A DNA stretch of 64,000 bases from Microbacteriaceae bacterium (GCA_024645175.1 JAHEGB010000003.1:30708-94707); one strand, 5' to 3'. Shown: positions 39,257 through 50,100, numbered from the stretch's first letter. The notes: a model not told the origin generated them from the letters alone. A program made the numbers and translations.

Positions 39257-40899
39257 TAGTTCAAATTCGAGAGTTCTGCAGTGACGAAAGCCTTCGCTTC
39301 TTCGGCTGTGCTGAACTCGAGTGCACCGGCGGCGATGCGCTTGGCATCATTCACGGATGTCGCCGAAAGCGCTGAGCGAACCGCACCTACTTGCGATGCC
39401 GATGCCGAGACAGACTTGAAGCCGAGACCTGCGAGCACAACTGCGAACGCAGGGTCGCTCGCGCTCTCGCCGCAAACACCAGATGAAATGCCAGCAGCTT
39501 CGGCTTCGCTTGCAATTCGAGCGAGCGTGCGAATGAGTGCTGGCTGCCATGGGTTCAGCAGCAATCCGAGTGCAGGGTTCATGCGATCTGCTGCAAAGAG
39601 ATATTGCGAGAGGTCGTTTGTGCCAACACTCAAGAAATCAATCTGGCCCTTGAGGTCTGCAATCTGAGTGACGATTGATGGTGTCTCGACCATGATGCCA
39701 ACTTTGAACTTGCCGATTGAGCGAGCGAGGTCTGCAAACTCGCGGGCCTCGCCTGCGGTTGCAATCATCGGTGCCATTACCCAAACCTCGCGGTTGGTGT
39801 GTGCGCGAGCGATTTCGATTGAGTGCAACTGGTCTTCAATAAAGCTGCGGTGCTCGCGAATCAGTCTGAAACCGCGAACTCCGAGTGAAGGGTTCTCTTC
39901 GTGAGGCATGTGCAAGAACGGCACTGGCTTGTCACTGCCGGCATCGATAGTGCGCACGACGATTGGGCCTTCTGGCGCGGCAGTAAGAATCTCGGCATAA
40001 GAAGCGCTCTGCGATGCAACGTCTGGCTGTGAGGTTGCGCTCAAATACAACAGCTCGGTTCTAAACAGACCAACGCCATTCGCGTTAGCAGCACTTGCCT
40101 TGTTTGCATCTTCGAGTGAACCGATGTTTGAACGAACCGGAATGATTGGTTCGCGACCGGTTTCGATAAAAGTGATTGCCTGAGTTGCACTGCTTATTTC
40201 GCCACCGACAACAACGCGGTCTCCAACCGGGTCAACCAAAACAACATCGCCGTCAACGAGATCAACAGCATCTGCACAAGAAACAACGGCAGCAATCGAA
40301 CGCGAACGACAAATGATTGCGGTGTGTGATGTCGGGCCACCACTGATCGTGATTACACCAACAACTGCAGGAGTGAACTGAGCGGTGTCTGCCGGTGAAA
40401 AGTCTTCGCCAACAATTACGTATGAACCCTCGATAGGCAATTCGAGATTTACTTTGATGCCGGCAATCTCTGCCTGAACGCGCTTCGACAAATCTTGAAG
40501 GTCTTTCACGCGTTCGTCGAAGTCTGGGTCGCCACCGAGCAGTTCGGCAAATTCATCGACAGCCATGCCATAGGCAGCAGCGGCAGTCCAGCCCTCGGCA
40601 AGGTGACCTTCGGCAACTTCGAACAGCTCGTCGTCTTCAAGCAAAAACTTGAGTGCGTCAAAGATTTCGGCAGAGGTCGAACCAACCTTGGCACCGAGGG
40701 CATCTAGGTGAGCACCAACCGCACCGATGGCACTGCGAAGGCTTTCGCGCTCTTCGTCAACAGACTTGGTCGATTTGGCTCTGGCTGGCAGCGCTTGCAT
40801 CGGGGCAACTCGAAAAACCTCGGCAACTACGGCGTTTAGGCCAACGCCAAGACCCTTTAGAACCGAGCCCTGAGCCAGGGTGCCGTTAGAAGAAGCCAC
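39256..40899 (-). CDS. ptsI: PTS enzyme I (PEP-protein phosphotransferase)
   Basis: 'GGPTSHTAII','GVGLFRTE','ENPSLGVRG','SVGTNDL','GVCGE'. Confidence 0.95.
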   Translation of the reverse strand: MASSNGTLAQGSVLKGLGVGLNAVVAEVFRVAPMQALPARAKSTKSVDEERESLRSAIGAVGAHLDALGAKVGSTSAEIFDALKFLLEDDELFEVAEGHLAEGWTAAAAYGMAVDEFAELLGGDPDFDERVKDLQDLSKRVQAEIAGIKVNLELPIEGSYVIVGEDFSPADTAQFTPAVVGVITISGGPTSHTAIICRSRSIAAVVSCADAVDLVDGDVVLVDPVGDRVVVGGEISSATQAITFIETGREPIIPVRSNIGSLEDANKASAANANGVGLFRTELLYLSATSQPDVASQSASYAEILTAAPEGPIVVRTIDAGSDKPVPFLHMPHEENPSLGVRGFRLIREHRSFIEDQLHSIEIARAHTNREVWVMAPMIATAGEAREFADLARSIGKFKVGIMVETPSIVTQIADLKGQIDFLSVGTNDLSQYLFAADRMNPALGLLLNPWQPALIRTLARIASEAEAAGISSGVCGESASDPAFAVVLAGLGFKSVSASASQVGAVRSALSATSVNDAKRIAAGALEFSTAEEAKAFVTAELSNLN

Positions 40900-40908
40900 G
40901 CTAAGTGC

Positions 40909-41178
40909 CTAGCCCTTTAGAAATTCTTGAATTTGCGCGGCAATCTCGCCGGCGGTGGCCTCAGAATCGGCCTCAACGGTGAGGGTTAGGGTCTCGCCGG
41001 TCTTGATCTTTAGGGCCATTAGGCGAAGGGCCGAGTTGGCCTTGGCAAATTCCTCGCCAGGGCGGCCAATCTGCACGTCTAGTTCTGACTCTTTTACTAG
41101 CTTCACGATCTGGCCGGCTGGGCGGGCGTGCAGGCCAATTGGGTCTAGAACGGTGACTTCGTGGGTGAAAAGGGCCAT
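40909..41178 (-). CDS. ptsH: HPr phosphocarrier protein
   Basis: 'GLHARPA' motif; 89 aa from MALF. Confidence 0.92.
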   Translation of the reverse strand: MALFTHEVTVLDPIGLHARPAGQIVKLVKESELDVQIGRPGEEFAKANSALRLMALKIKTGETLTLTVEADSEATAGEIAAQIQEFLKG

Positions 41179-41413
41179 TTTGAGAGTCTTTCGAAGATTG
41201 CGGGCGTTTGTAGGCACAAGTTTGCCATTAAAACCGCCAGCCCCGCCAATCGAGCGGTTTGTAGAAATCCCACAAAAAAAGGCAAAAAAAGTGGCAAGGA
41301 TTTAGCCAAATGAACTGCGGATAGCCCCACACGGTCAGTATTCTTTTCGATAACCAACGGCGGTTCACCCGTGAGGGCGCAGAAATGAACCTGTAGTCAG
41401 AAGGAGTCATCTC

Positions 41414-41866
41414 TTGAGTCAGCCAATCACGACCACCGAAATCGTCATCGTAGATATCGATGCAACCACCAAAGAAGAAGCAACTCGCATGCTCGCGGAG
41501 CGTCTTGTAGCTGCCGGGCGAGTCACAGACATCGACGGATATTTGCAAGCGGTTGCAAAACGCGAAGAGCACTTTCCGACAGGCATTGAAGGCGGAATTG
41601 CTATTCCTCACGCACAAAGCGATTTGGTTACAACTCCTTCGGTTGCCGTTGCAACGTCAAAAACTGGAATCGATTTCGGTGCTGACGACGGCCCATCAAC
41701 TTTGATCTTTCTAATCGCTGCACCAGCATCTGGTGAAAGCGCACACCTCGAAATTCTTGGATCACTAGCGCGCAAAGTAATGCACGAAGATTTCTGCGAC
41801 GCACTGCGTGCAGAAAAAGACCCTTCAGCAATCGCTGAAATCGTAACCAGAGAGGTACAGAAATAA
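41414..41866 (+). CDS. PTS fructose-family EIIA
   Basis: 'REEHFPTGIEGGIAIPHA','HLEILGSLAR'. Confidence 0.92.
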   Translation: MSQPITTTEIVIVDIDATTKEEATRMLAERLVAAGRVTDIDGYLQAVAKREEHFPTGIEGGIAIPHAQSDLVTTPSVAVATSKTGIDFGADDGPSTLIFLIAAPASGESAHLEILGSLARKVMHEDFCDALRAEKDPSAIAEIVTREVQK

Positions 41867-42301
41867 ATGGCAAAGATCGTTGCAGTCACTAGCTGCATTA
41901 CTGGAATTGCACACACATACATGGCAGCCGAAGCTCTAGAGCAGGCTGGCAAAAAACTTGGTCACGAAGTAATCGTCGAGACCCAAGGCTCTGCCGGATC
42001 AAACCCAATCAAGCAAGACGTGATTGATTCAGCAGACGCAGTAATCTTCGCCGTCGATCTCGAAGTGAAAGACCGAGCTCGATTCAACGGCAAGCCGTAT
42101 GTTCAGGTTGGAGTTGCGAAAGCTATGAAAGGCGCAGCCGACCTAATTACGGGAGTACTTGAAGCAGCAGCAGACGGAAGCGCCGCCCTGGTTGGCGACG
42201 GCAAGTCAGCTGCGCCCAAGAAAGATGAAACCCCGAAGGCAGAGAAGCCAGCGGGCGAGAAAAAGGGAGGTTTCTTTGCAAACCTCTTTGGTAATAAGTA
42301 A
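41867..42301 (+). CDS. PTS fructose-family EIIB with C-terminal tail
   Basis: 'VAVTSCITGIAHTYMAAEAL','VETQGSAG'. Confidence 0.93.
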   Translation: MAKIVAVTSCITGIAHTYMAAEALEQAGKKLGHEVIVETQGSAGSNPIKQDVIDSADAVIFAVDLEVKDRARFNGKPYVQVGVAKAMKGAADLITGVLEAAADGSAALVGDGKSAAPKKDETPKAEKPAGEKKGGFFANLFGNK

Positions 42302-42369
42302 CAACCCGAAAGCGAACGCGTTGCTTTTGGTTGATTCACAAATTGCAATAACTAACTAAGGAGAAACAA

Positions 42370-43494
42370 GTGGCAGGTACAGGTACCAAGATTCGCCAGT
42401 GGCTTATGACTGGTGTTTCTTACATGATTCCATTCGTTGCAGCCGGCGGTATTTTGATCGCTCTAGCATTCTTGCTAGCTAAGGCAGCAACCGGTGGCGA
42501 GACCCACATGGCGTGGGACACCACTCTTATGAAGGTTCCAGCTGACGGTTCATTGAACCTACTGGAGCTTGGCAACTGGGCATTCCTCGTGATGTTCATT
42601 GGTAAGGCATTGTTTGCTTTGTTCGTGCCAGTGTTGGCTGCGTACATCGCTTATGCAATTGCTGACCGTCCAGGTCTTGCACCTGGTTTCGTAGCTGGTG
42701 CACTTGCATCAGGCCTCGACGGCAACCCACTAGGCACCGGCACCGGATTCCTTGGAGCAATCCTCGGTGGTCTTCTTGCTGGTTTCATCTCACTATGGAT
42801 CAGCCGCTGGAAGGTTCCATCATGGATCCGTCCATTGATGCCAGTAGTAATCATTCCTCTCTTGGCTTCATTGGTTACTGGTTTCGCAATGGTTCTAGTT
42901 CTAAAGGCTCCAGTTGGCGCACTTGTAACTGGTCTAACCTCATGGCTTGGTGGCCTAAGCGGCGGCAGCTTGATCGTTCTAGGAATCATCCTTGGCCTCA
43001 TGATGGCATTCGACATGGGTGGCCCAGTTAACAAGGTTGCTTACACCTTCGCTGCAACTGGTCTAACCGCTGTTGCAACCACCGCTACCAGCGCACCTCA
43101 GTGGGCTGTTATGGCTATGGTTATGGCTGCAGGTATGACTCCTCCTCTAGGAATCGCTCTTGCAACTGCACTTCGCCCTAAGTTGTTCAGCGAGTCAGAA
43201 ATCGAAAACGGTAAGGCTGCTTGGCTACTAGGTGCATCATTCATCTCAGAAGGTGCGATTCCTTTCGCAGCTGCTGACCCAATCCGCGTGATTCCTTCAA
43301 TCATGATCGGTTCTGGTTTGACTGGTGGACTAGTTGCTATGTTCGGCAACCAGCTTCAGGCTCCTCACGGCGGAATCTTCGTTGTTCCACTGATGGGCGC
43401 AGGCGCATTCACCTACCTATTGGCAATTGCTATCGGAACCGTTGTAACCGGTTTGCTAGTAATCGTTTCAAAGGGTCTAGGAAACCGCAGCTAA
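42370..43494 (+). CDS. PTS fructose-family EIIC
   Basis: 'LMTGVSYMIPFV','ADRPG','FDMGGPVNK','ISEGAIPF','APHGG'. Confidence 0.95.
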   Translation: MAGTGTKIRQWLMTGVSYMIPFVAAGGILIALAFLLAKAATGGETHMAWDTTLMKVPADGSLNLLELGNWAFLVMFIGKALFALFVPVLAAYIAYAIADRPGLAPGFVAGALASGLDGNPLGTGTGFLGAILGGLLAGFISLWISRWKVPSWIRPLMPVVIIPLLASLVTGFAMVLVLKAPVGALVTGLTSWLGGLSGGSLIVLGIILGLMMAFDMGGPVNKVAYTFAATGLTAVATTATSAPQWAVMAMVMAAGMTPPLGIALATALRPKLFSESEIENGKAAWLLGASFISEGAIPFAAADPIRVIPSIMIGSGLTGGLVAMFGNQLQAPHGGIFVVPLMGAGAFTYLLAIAIGTVVTGLLVIVSKGLGNRS

Positions 43495-43507
43495 TTAGCT
43501 AAACGAG

Positions 43508-43540
43508 AAGGGCTCGGCAGAAATGCCGGGCCCTTTTTCT
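43508..43540 (+). terminator. Intrinsic terminator
   Basis: aagggctcggca-gaaa-tgccgggccctt followed by tttct. Confidence 0.85.
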
Positions 43541-43578
43541 ATGCGCGACTTTATGCACGGATGCCGCGCTCGCGGCGT

Positions 43579-44502
43579 TTACTTGATGGCAGCGGCGAGG
43601 TCGAAGCGCACGGCTTTGCGCCACATGTCTTCGACGAACTTGGCGTTCTTGACCTTGTTGAGCAGCTGATCTTCTTTCGATTCAGTTAGGTGCCAGGTCA
43701 TGCCCTCGAGAAAGCGAAGCTTCACGTGAAGCTCGATGAGCTTGATGTCGCGCTTGTTTAGTTTGTCGAGCTCGAAATATTCGTCTAGGTAGGCACGAAT
43801 GAGTTCGCGCTGCATGGCTTTCTTTTCGAGCAAGATCGCCTCGATGGTCACACCGATGTCGTAATACTTTGATGCCCAGCCGGCTTCGGCCCAATCAATT
43901 AGAACCGCGCGCTCTTGCTGATAGACCACGTTCCAAAAATGCGCATCGCCGTGCACAAAGGTGATGTCTTCGCGCGAAAGCTCGTGTGCCTTTAGTTCTT
44001 TAGCAATTGAACGCGCAAATTTGATTAGCTCGGGCGCAAACTCGCTCGCATTCGCTTTAGCGAAGATTGGCTTGAGTGCGCGAGCGGCGTTTAGGTCTGC
44101 AAGCTTGCTTCGACCGTCTCGCTCAAAACTTAGGTGAAGTTTGCGCTGAGTCTCTGCGAGCAACTTGGTGTGCTTCGGCAATAGGTTGCCCGGCAGGATT
44201 TCACCTTCAACAAAGGCATAGGTGACCATGTCATATTGCTTTAGCGGTTGTCGGTTCAAAACTGCAGGTGCCGCAACTTTTTTGTTGCGAAGCAAAATCA
44301 GGTTGTCGATTTCTTTGTCGAGCAAAGTGACGAGCTTCTTGTTCTTGCGAACGAATTTGTAAACGCGCGATAGGTGGGTGTTTACGATCGTGATGGCTTC
44401 AAAGCGATTGCGCTGAATCGAGAATCGCTCCGGCTCGTCAATTCGATAGAGCGCCGTGCGAATCTCACGGGGAAGTGATTCGAAAGTTGCGGTCTTAGCC
44501 AT
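43579..44502 (-). CDS. APH/choline-kinase-family phosphotransferase
   Basis: Brenner motif 'VHGDAHFWNV' and 'LIDW'. Confidence 0.8.
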   Translation of the reverse strand: MAKTATFESLPREIRTALYRIDEPERFSIQRNRFEAITIVNTHLSRVYKFVRKNKKLVTLLDKEIDNLILLRNKKVAAPAVLNRQPLKQYDMVTYAFVEGEILPGNLLPKHTKLLAETQRKLHLSFERDGRSKLADLNAARALKPIFAKANASEFAPELIKFARSIAKELKAHELSREDITFVHGDAHFWNVVYQQERAVLIDWAEAGWASKYYDIGVTIEAILLEKKAMQRELIRAYLDEYFELDKLNKRDIKLIELHVKLRFLEGMTWHLTESKEDQLLNKVKNAKFVEDMWRKAVRFDLAAAIK

Positions 44503-44506
44503 GCCT

Positions 44507-45745
44507 TTAGTTTAAGGGCAGCTTGATTTCGAGTTTTAGGCCACCGAGCTCGCTCTTGGCAATCGTCATTTCGCCACTGTGGGCCTGAACGATTGAGTTC
44601 ATGATGGTCATGCCGAGGCCGGTTCCGCCGGTCTCGCGGCTGCGCGATTCATCGAAGCGCCTGAATCCTTGGATTCCTCTCGAATAGGCCTCTTCTGGCA
44701 GCCCAGGTCCGCCGTCTTCGATTGTCAGAACCGCATTTTTGCGCTCACTGGCAAGCGAAACTCGCACCCTGTCGGTCTTGTCTGTGTGGCGGTTGATGTT
44801 GCCAATCGCGTTATTGAGCAGGCGGCTGAGCAACTCCGCAGACCCCAGAACCTCCAGGTCAGCCAGGATGGCCTCGATCTTGCGCTTAGGGCTCAATGCC
44901 TGAAGGTCATCGACGGCGGCTGCCACCAGAGTTTTGAGCTCGATGGCTTCATAGCTGTTGCTCGAAATCGAGCCAACTTCGGCTAGTTGAAGCAGGCTGG
45001 TGATGGTGTCATCCATGCGGTTGACCTGCTCAACAATGCGGGCGTATGCCTTTTCACGTTGGTCGGCGCTGGTCTTTGCGCCAGATGCAGCCAGCAGCTC
45101 GGCATAACCCTTGATTACAGTAAGCGGGGTGCGCAGTTCGTGCGAGGCATCGCCCATGAATGTCTGCATGCTCTCGCGGGTCTCGCGCTCTTGGCTGGCA
45201 CTGCCGGCCAGGGTTGCGATAACCGATTTGAGGTCACGGCGAATCAAAATCGTCACCGCGCCGCCGGCTATCACGATTGTGAAAATCGAGACGAGGGCCA
45301 GAGTCAGCAGGTTGCCATCACGAGTGTGGTGCGCGGTTTGGGTCGAGGTGGCGATGAGCATGAACTCGTTTTCGCTCAACTCAACCGTGCGAAGTTGATA
45401 CTCGTTCTTGGCATCGACCAAAACCGCTTCGACCTTTGCAGCGGCAATCGTTTCGGCAGACGGGGCAACGTCTAGCTGCACTGAACTCTCGACGATTGTT
45501 GTGAGGTTGCCATCCATGTCTAAGAATGCGATGGTCAGGGGAGTGTCTGTTTCGTCTGCGACCACGAGGGCCGAGCTAAGCGAGTTATTGCTCGCATCGA
45601 TTCGTTTCGCCGCGATGTCGAGATAGCTCGCGGTGCGTTGCAACTCGTTCTTGAAGTTGAGCTCAATCAACGAATAGCCGCCGCCAATCATGGCAAGCGC
45701 AATTACGACAATCGCACTTAGAGAAATCTTGGTTAGCAGTTTCAC
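44507..45745 (-). CDS. Sensor histidine kinase
   Basis: 'DASHELRTPL','EDGGPG','GGTGLGM'; two TM segments. Confidence 0.95.
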   Translation of the reverse strand: MKLLTKISLSAIVVIALAMIGGGYSLIELNFKNELQRTASYLDIAAKRIDASNNSLSSALVVADETDTPLTIAFLDMDGNLTTIVESSVQLDVAPSAETIAAAKVEAVLVDAKNEYQLRTVELSENEFMLIATSTQTAHHTRDGNLLTLALVSIFTIVIAGGAVTILIRRDLKSVIATLAGSASQERETRESMQTFMGDASHELRTPLTVIKGYAELLAASGAKTSADQREKAYARIVEQVNRMDDTITSLLQLAEVGSISSNSYEAIELKTLVAAAVDDLQALSPKRKIEAILADLEVLGSAELLSRLLNNAIGNINRHTDKTDRVRVSLASERKNAVLTIEDGGPGLPEEAYSRGIQGFRRFDESRSRETGGTGLGMTIMNSIVQAHSGEMTIAKSELGGLKLEIKLPLN

Positions 45746-46422
45746 TTAGTGCCTTCAATCTGAAAACCGATTCCGCGAACGGTTTTTATTCCCTGCCAGG
45801 TGTCGGTGTGCAATTTCTTGCGCAGATAAGAAATGTATGTGTCGAGCACTGTTACGTCTGTGCTCCAGTTGATTGCCCAAACTGAATCGAGCAGCGAACC
45901 CTTGGTTGCAACTTTCGGACTGCGCAGCATCAACTCTTGAAGCAGTTTGAATTCGGTTGGCGATAGTTCAATCAACTCCCCCTCGCGAGTGACCTGGTGC
46001 AGATCTTCGTCGAGTCGAATCGGGCCAATTTCTAGAATCTCACCATTGCTGCTGTTGAGGTGTTTGAGTCGCGCGGCAACTCGCAAGAGCATTTCTTCGA
46101 GGCCAAAAGGTTTAGTGACGTAGTCGTCGGCACCGGCGCGAAAACCCACTGCAACATCGGCCCGGTCGCCGCGAGCGGTTAGCAAGATCACCGGAGTCCC
46201 GTTGCCAGTCGCTCGCATGCGCTCAAGCATTTCGAACCCAGAAACCTTTGGCATGTTCACGTCGCTGACGATTAGGTCGAACTGACCATCGTGAATCTGG
46301 CGAAGCGCAGAGTGCCCATCTACGGCGACCTCAACCGAATAACCCTGCATTCGCAAGGCATCGGCGAGCATGTCGCGAACGGCAGGCTCATCGTCGACCA
46401 CGAGAATCGTTGCTTTGACCAT
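45742..46422 (-). CDS. OmpR-family response regulator
   Basis: 'ILVVDDE','DVNMP','GADDYVTKPF','YISYLRKKL','TVRGIG'. Confidence 0.96.
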   Translation of the reverse strand: MVKATILVVDDEPAVRDMLADALRMQGYSVEVAVDGHSALRQIHDGQFDLIVSDVNMPKVSGFEMLERMRATGNGTPVILLTARGDRADVAVGFRAGADDYVTKPFGLEEMLLRVAARLKHLNSSNGEILEIGPIRLDEDLHQVTREGELIELSPTEFKLLQELMLRSPKVATKGSLLDSVWAINWSTDVTVLDTYISYLRKKLHTDTWQGIKTVRGIGFQIEGTK

Positions 46423-46460
46423 GAATTGCCTCCTGTTCTGAGTCTAGGCAGCACCGAATG

Positions 46461-46501
46461 TTCTAACCTTCTGCGAAAGGTTTTCTAAGACTTTTCTAAG
46501 A
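46461..46501. promoter_or_regulatory. 11-bp-period direct repeats (TTTTCTAAGA), candidate OmpR-type binding site
   Basis: ttttctaaga at 46481 and 46492; ttctaa also at 46461 (22 bp upstream of the first core); lies in the divergent promoter region. Confidence 0.6.
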
Positions 46502-46557
46502 ACTGCTCTGGCAATCTTCTTTTATCGAGATCAACCGATCTCAAGACAGGATGAAAA

Positions 46558-47073
46558 ATGTCAGTAAAGAAGTTGACCACAGTTGCTCTAGCGGCATCTC
46601 TTATTTTCGGTTCAAGCTCAATTGCAATGGCAGCTGAGACAGCACCTCAGCCTTCACCGACCGCACCGGTTGTGAAGACTCAAGACCCAGCCAAGAAGGC
46701 ATTCCGTGTAGCCATGGATGCGTACAAGTTGGCGATGGCAAAGTTCAAGACTGACCGAACAGCATTCCAAGCTGCGATGGACACTTTCAAGACTGCTAAC
46801 ACCGCATACATGGGTGCAAAGAAAGTTGTGAACGAAGCATTCAAGACTGCGGTTACTGCAGCTAAGACCACCTATGCAGCAGCGATTGCAGCCGCAACCA
46901 CCGATGAGCAGAAGGCAGCGGCAAGAACCGCACTTCGCGCAGCGGTAACCTCAGCCACTGCAACTCGCGACGCAGCGATTACAGCTCTTGGTGTTGCACC
47001 AGTGAAGCCTGTGAAGCCAACCGTTCCAACCAAGCCGGTTCGCCCAACTCAAGCACCGGTTGTAACACCATAA
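46558..47073 (+). CDS. Secreted Ala/Lys-rich helical protein
   Basis: Signal peptide ending AMA-A; amphipathic A/K/T helices; Pro-rich ends; highly biased codons. Confidence 0.8.
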   Translation: MSVKKLTTVALAASLIFGSSSIAMAAETAPQPSPTAPVVKTQDPAKKAFRVAMDAYKLAMAKFKTDRTAFQAAMDTFKTANTAYMGAKKVVNEAFKTAVTAAKTTYAAAIAAATTDEQKAAARTALRAAVTSATATRDAAITALGVAPVKPVKPTVPTKPVRPTQAPVVTP

Positions 47074-47102
47074 GAAATTTGATTCTCTGCCTTGTTGAAG
47101 AA

Positions 47103-47139
47103 AAAATCCCCCGGCCAGTTGGCCGGGGGATTTTCTTTT
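47103..47139. terminator. Bidirectional intrinsic terminator
   Basis: aaaatcccccggcca-gt-tggccgggggatttt between convergent genes. Confidence 0.9.
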
Positions 47140-47148
47140 GCAATGCTT

Positions 47149-50100
47149 TTAGTCGGTCAGCGTAATGATGACTCGACGAATGTTCGCTCCAAGTGCGGTC
47201 TCTTGCAGGTTAGTGTTTGGCAACTGAACTAGTTTGCGCATGTAGCTAACTGCGAAGGCACACGAGTTGCTTGCACGGTTCATTGAAAGTGCATAGTCAA
47301 CCTTCAATACGGTTGGCCCCATGGTCACACCGGTGCACTGCACCTTCTTGTAATCGTTGTACTTGTTCAAGAATGCCCTGATGGCGTTTTTGATCGAAGT
47401 GGTTAGCACCGGTGAACCTGGTGCGAATCCAGGAATCGAGATGCTTACTGGTGGGCGGGCGGTTCCGGCACCACGAGCAATCGTGACGCTCAAAGGCTCG
47501 TCGTCAGTTTGGCCGTCGCTGTCCCAAGCGTGAAGAACGATGGTAGATGTTCCTGACCATCCCTCAAGAGGGGTGAAGGTGACCGAACCGTTTTCGTTCA
47601 GAGTCCAAGTGCCCTGACCCTTGATAAATACGACTGGCTTGCAACCCTTTGAAACAGGATCAATTAGACACAGACCCGGGTTGTAAGGGAACACAGGAGT
47701 GACCTTTGGTGTCAGGGTGACTGGAGTGTTCAACTGGCCAGAGCCGTTTACCGGAGTAATCGTTGGCTTTGGCTTGCTAACGCTCGGTGGCGCGCCTGCA
47801 GCGTTGATGGTTAGCAAGTATGGCGCTGTGAATGTAGCCGATCCCTGAGTGTACGTGATGGTGATTGGCTGGCTAATCGTGGTCGACGGGTTACCCGAAA
47901 GAACACCGGTGTTTGGGTCGATCCAGAAACCGGCAGGCAAATTCGTTGCGCTCCAGGTTCCAGAACCCTGCTGACCAGCGAGGTTTAGCTGCTCGCTGTA
48001 AGGCGAACCAGCCGAACCAGTGGTGATGCTCAGGTTCGTGATCTTGTAGATGTAGAAGCCCTGGGTCGCCGGAACTGCAGCGCTGTAGGTTGAGTTGCCA
48101 ACCTGGTTTGCTTCAATCTCACAATAACCGTCAGTTAGAAGCGTGATTACACCGTTGGCAACGGTGCAAACGCTTGGGGTGTTTGATGTGTAACTAACTG
48201 TGAGACCAGAGCTTGCGGTAGCACCCAAGGTGATAGCACCGTTGCTCAGAGACACGTTTGGCAAGGCATTAAACGTGATTGTCTGGGCAGACAGCGACTG
48301 CACAGGTGCGGCAGCAATGGTGATGCTTAGGCTCTTCGTCGCTGTGATTCCACCGTTTACAACGGTGAAGGTGTAGCTGGTAGCAGATTGTGCTGCCGTC
48401 GGGGTTCCGCTGATAACACCAGTTGCCGTGTTTAGCGAAAGACCGTTAGGCAATGCAGGGCTGACTGACCATAGGTCAGTGCCAGTAGAGCCACCGAACT
48501 CGGCAACGGTCTGGCTATAAGCAGTGCCTACCTCACCGTTTGCAAGTGAGCTGGTGGTAATGGTCAGAATGTAGAAACTGCGGCTTAGCGATGCTGATGC
48601 ATAAGTTGAGTTTCCGGCTTGGTTTGCAGTAATTGTGCAAAGACCCGCAGACACGAATGACACGGTTGTGCCACTAACGGTGCAAACCGATGTTGTCGAA
48701 CTTGTGAATGTAACCGCTAGGCTCGCGCTCGAAGTCGCAGAAACTGTGACAGTGTTCGATGCCAAGGTTTGGTTAGCAGGCTGAGCAAAAGTAAGGGTCT
48801 GTGCAGTAAGTGATCCGGTGTTCACGAGGTATGTAACTGTCACTGGAGCTGCAGGCGCATATGATCCGCCACCCGCTTGAGTTGCATACAACTGGCAAGT
48901 ACCTGTAGCAATGTGGCTCACATACATAGGTGGGCCGGCATTGATCGTACAAACCGATGGCGTCAGCGAAATCACGGTAACTGCAAGCGTCGAACTCGCT
49001 GTCGGATTAATCGTTAGAGGCACATTTAGTGCCTGCGTCGCTGGGTTTGCAAATGTGATTGTCTGTGCAGTCAGGCTTGAAATCGTGAAAGTCTGAGTAA
49101 CAGCAGGGGCTTCTGAATAGGTTGCGTTACCAGCTTGAGTTGCAACAATCGTGCAGAATCCGTTTGCCAGCGCGGTGATGTTCAAACCGCTAACCGAACA
49201 GGTTCCAGGAGTCAATGAAACCAAAGTTACAGTCAGGCCAGAGGTTGCGGTTGCTCCCGAAGCGAATGCCGTTGCCGAAACCTGCTTCGTGCCTGGGTTG
49301 GCAAAGTTGATAGTCTGCGCAGTGCTTGCTGCAACCAGGCTCATTGTGTATGCCGAGGTGCTATCTGAGGTGCCATCGTTCACCTTAAAAGTGAAGCTGC
49401 TGTCGATGGTGCCGCTATAACGCAGCTGACCAAGCGATAGGGCTGAAACCGGAATTACAGCATTTGCGGCAACGTTGGTCCAGGTCGACCCAACAAGCAA
49501 CTGAAGTGATCCAGAAGCTGGCAGAGTGACAATCTTCACAGAGGTGAAAGCGTTGTTCTCTGGGTCAGCGTAGACGAAGTTGTCGAAGTTGAAAATCCAA
49601 GGAGTGTTAGCTGAATAGTAAATCGAGTTGTTCGCCGAAGTTGGTGGGTTGTTGTTTGGGTTTGAGTAGTTTGAGGTGGTTTGAACCGCTCCATCTTTCC
49701 AGGCATAACCTGGACCGAAGTCAAGGGCAAACTTTCCACCTGTTGAAGCGTTAACACCGTGACGAATTGAAAGCTCTGTTAGTTGGTCATACTTAACCAT
49801 CACGCGGCCCTTGGTATAAGAGCCTGTGCCGTCTGCATAGTTAGTTGCACCGGTGTTGTCAGTGAACTGCACCCAACCGCCAGCAGCGTTGCTGGTTACA
49901 AGCGTGGTGTTTGATGAGTAGGTGTATGACTGAAAACCTTTGAACTGTGTGAACTGTTTTCCTGAAACGTAGTCGAGGTCATAAGAGTTCACCGAGACGT
50001 TGGTCAGAGTGAGCAAGTTACCTGTTCCGTAACCGGTGTAGGTTCCCGCTTCGTAAAACTGAAACTTGAGTGTGATGTAACCGTTTGCAGCTGCTGGAGT

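Noticed and set aside
43579-44502. APH-family gene as an aminoglycoside resistance determinant
   Set aside because: Only generic HGD/DW kinase motifs are present; the family includes many non-resistance kinases and there is no mobile context.
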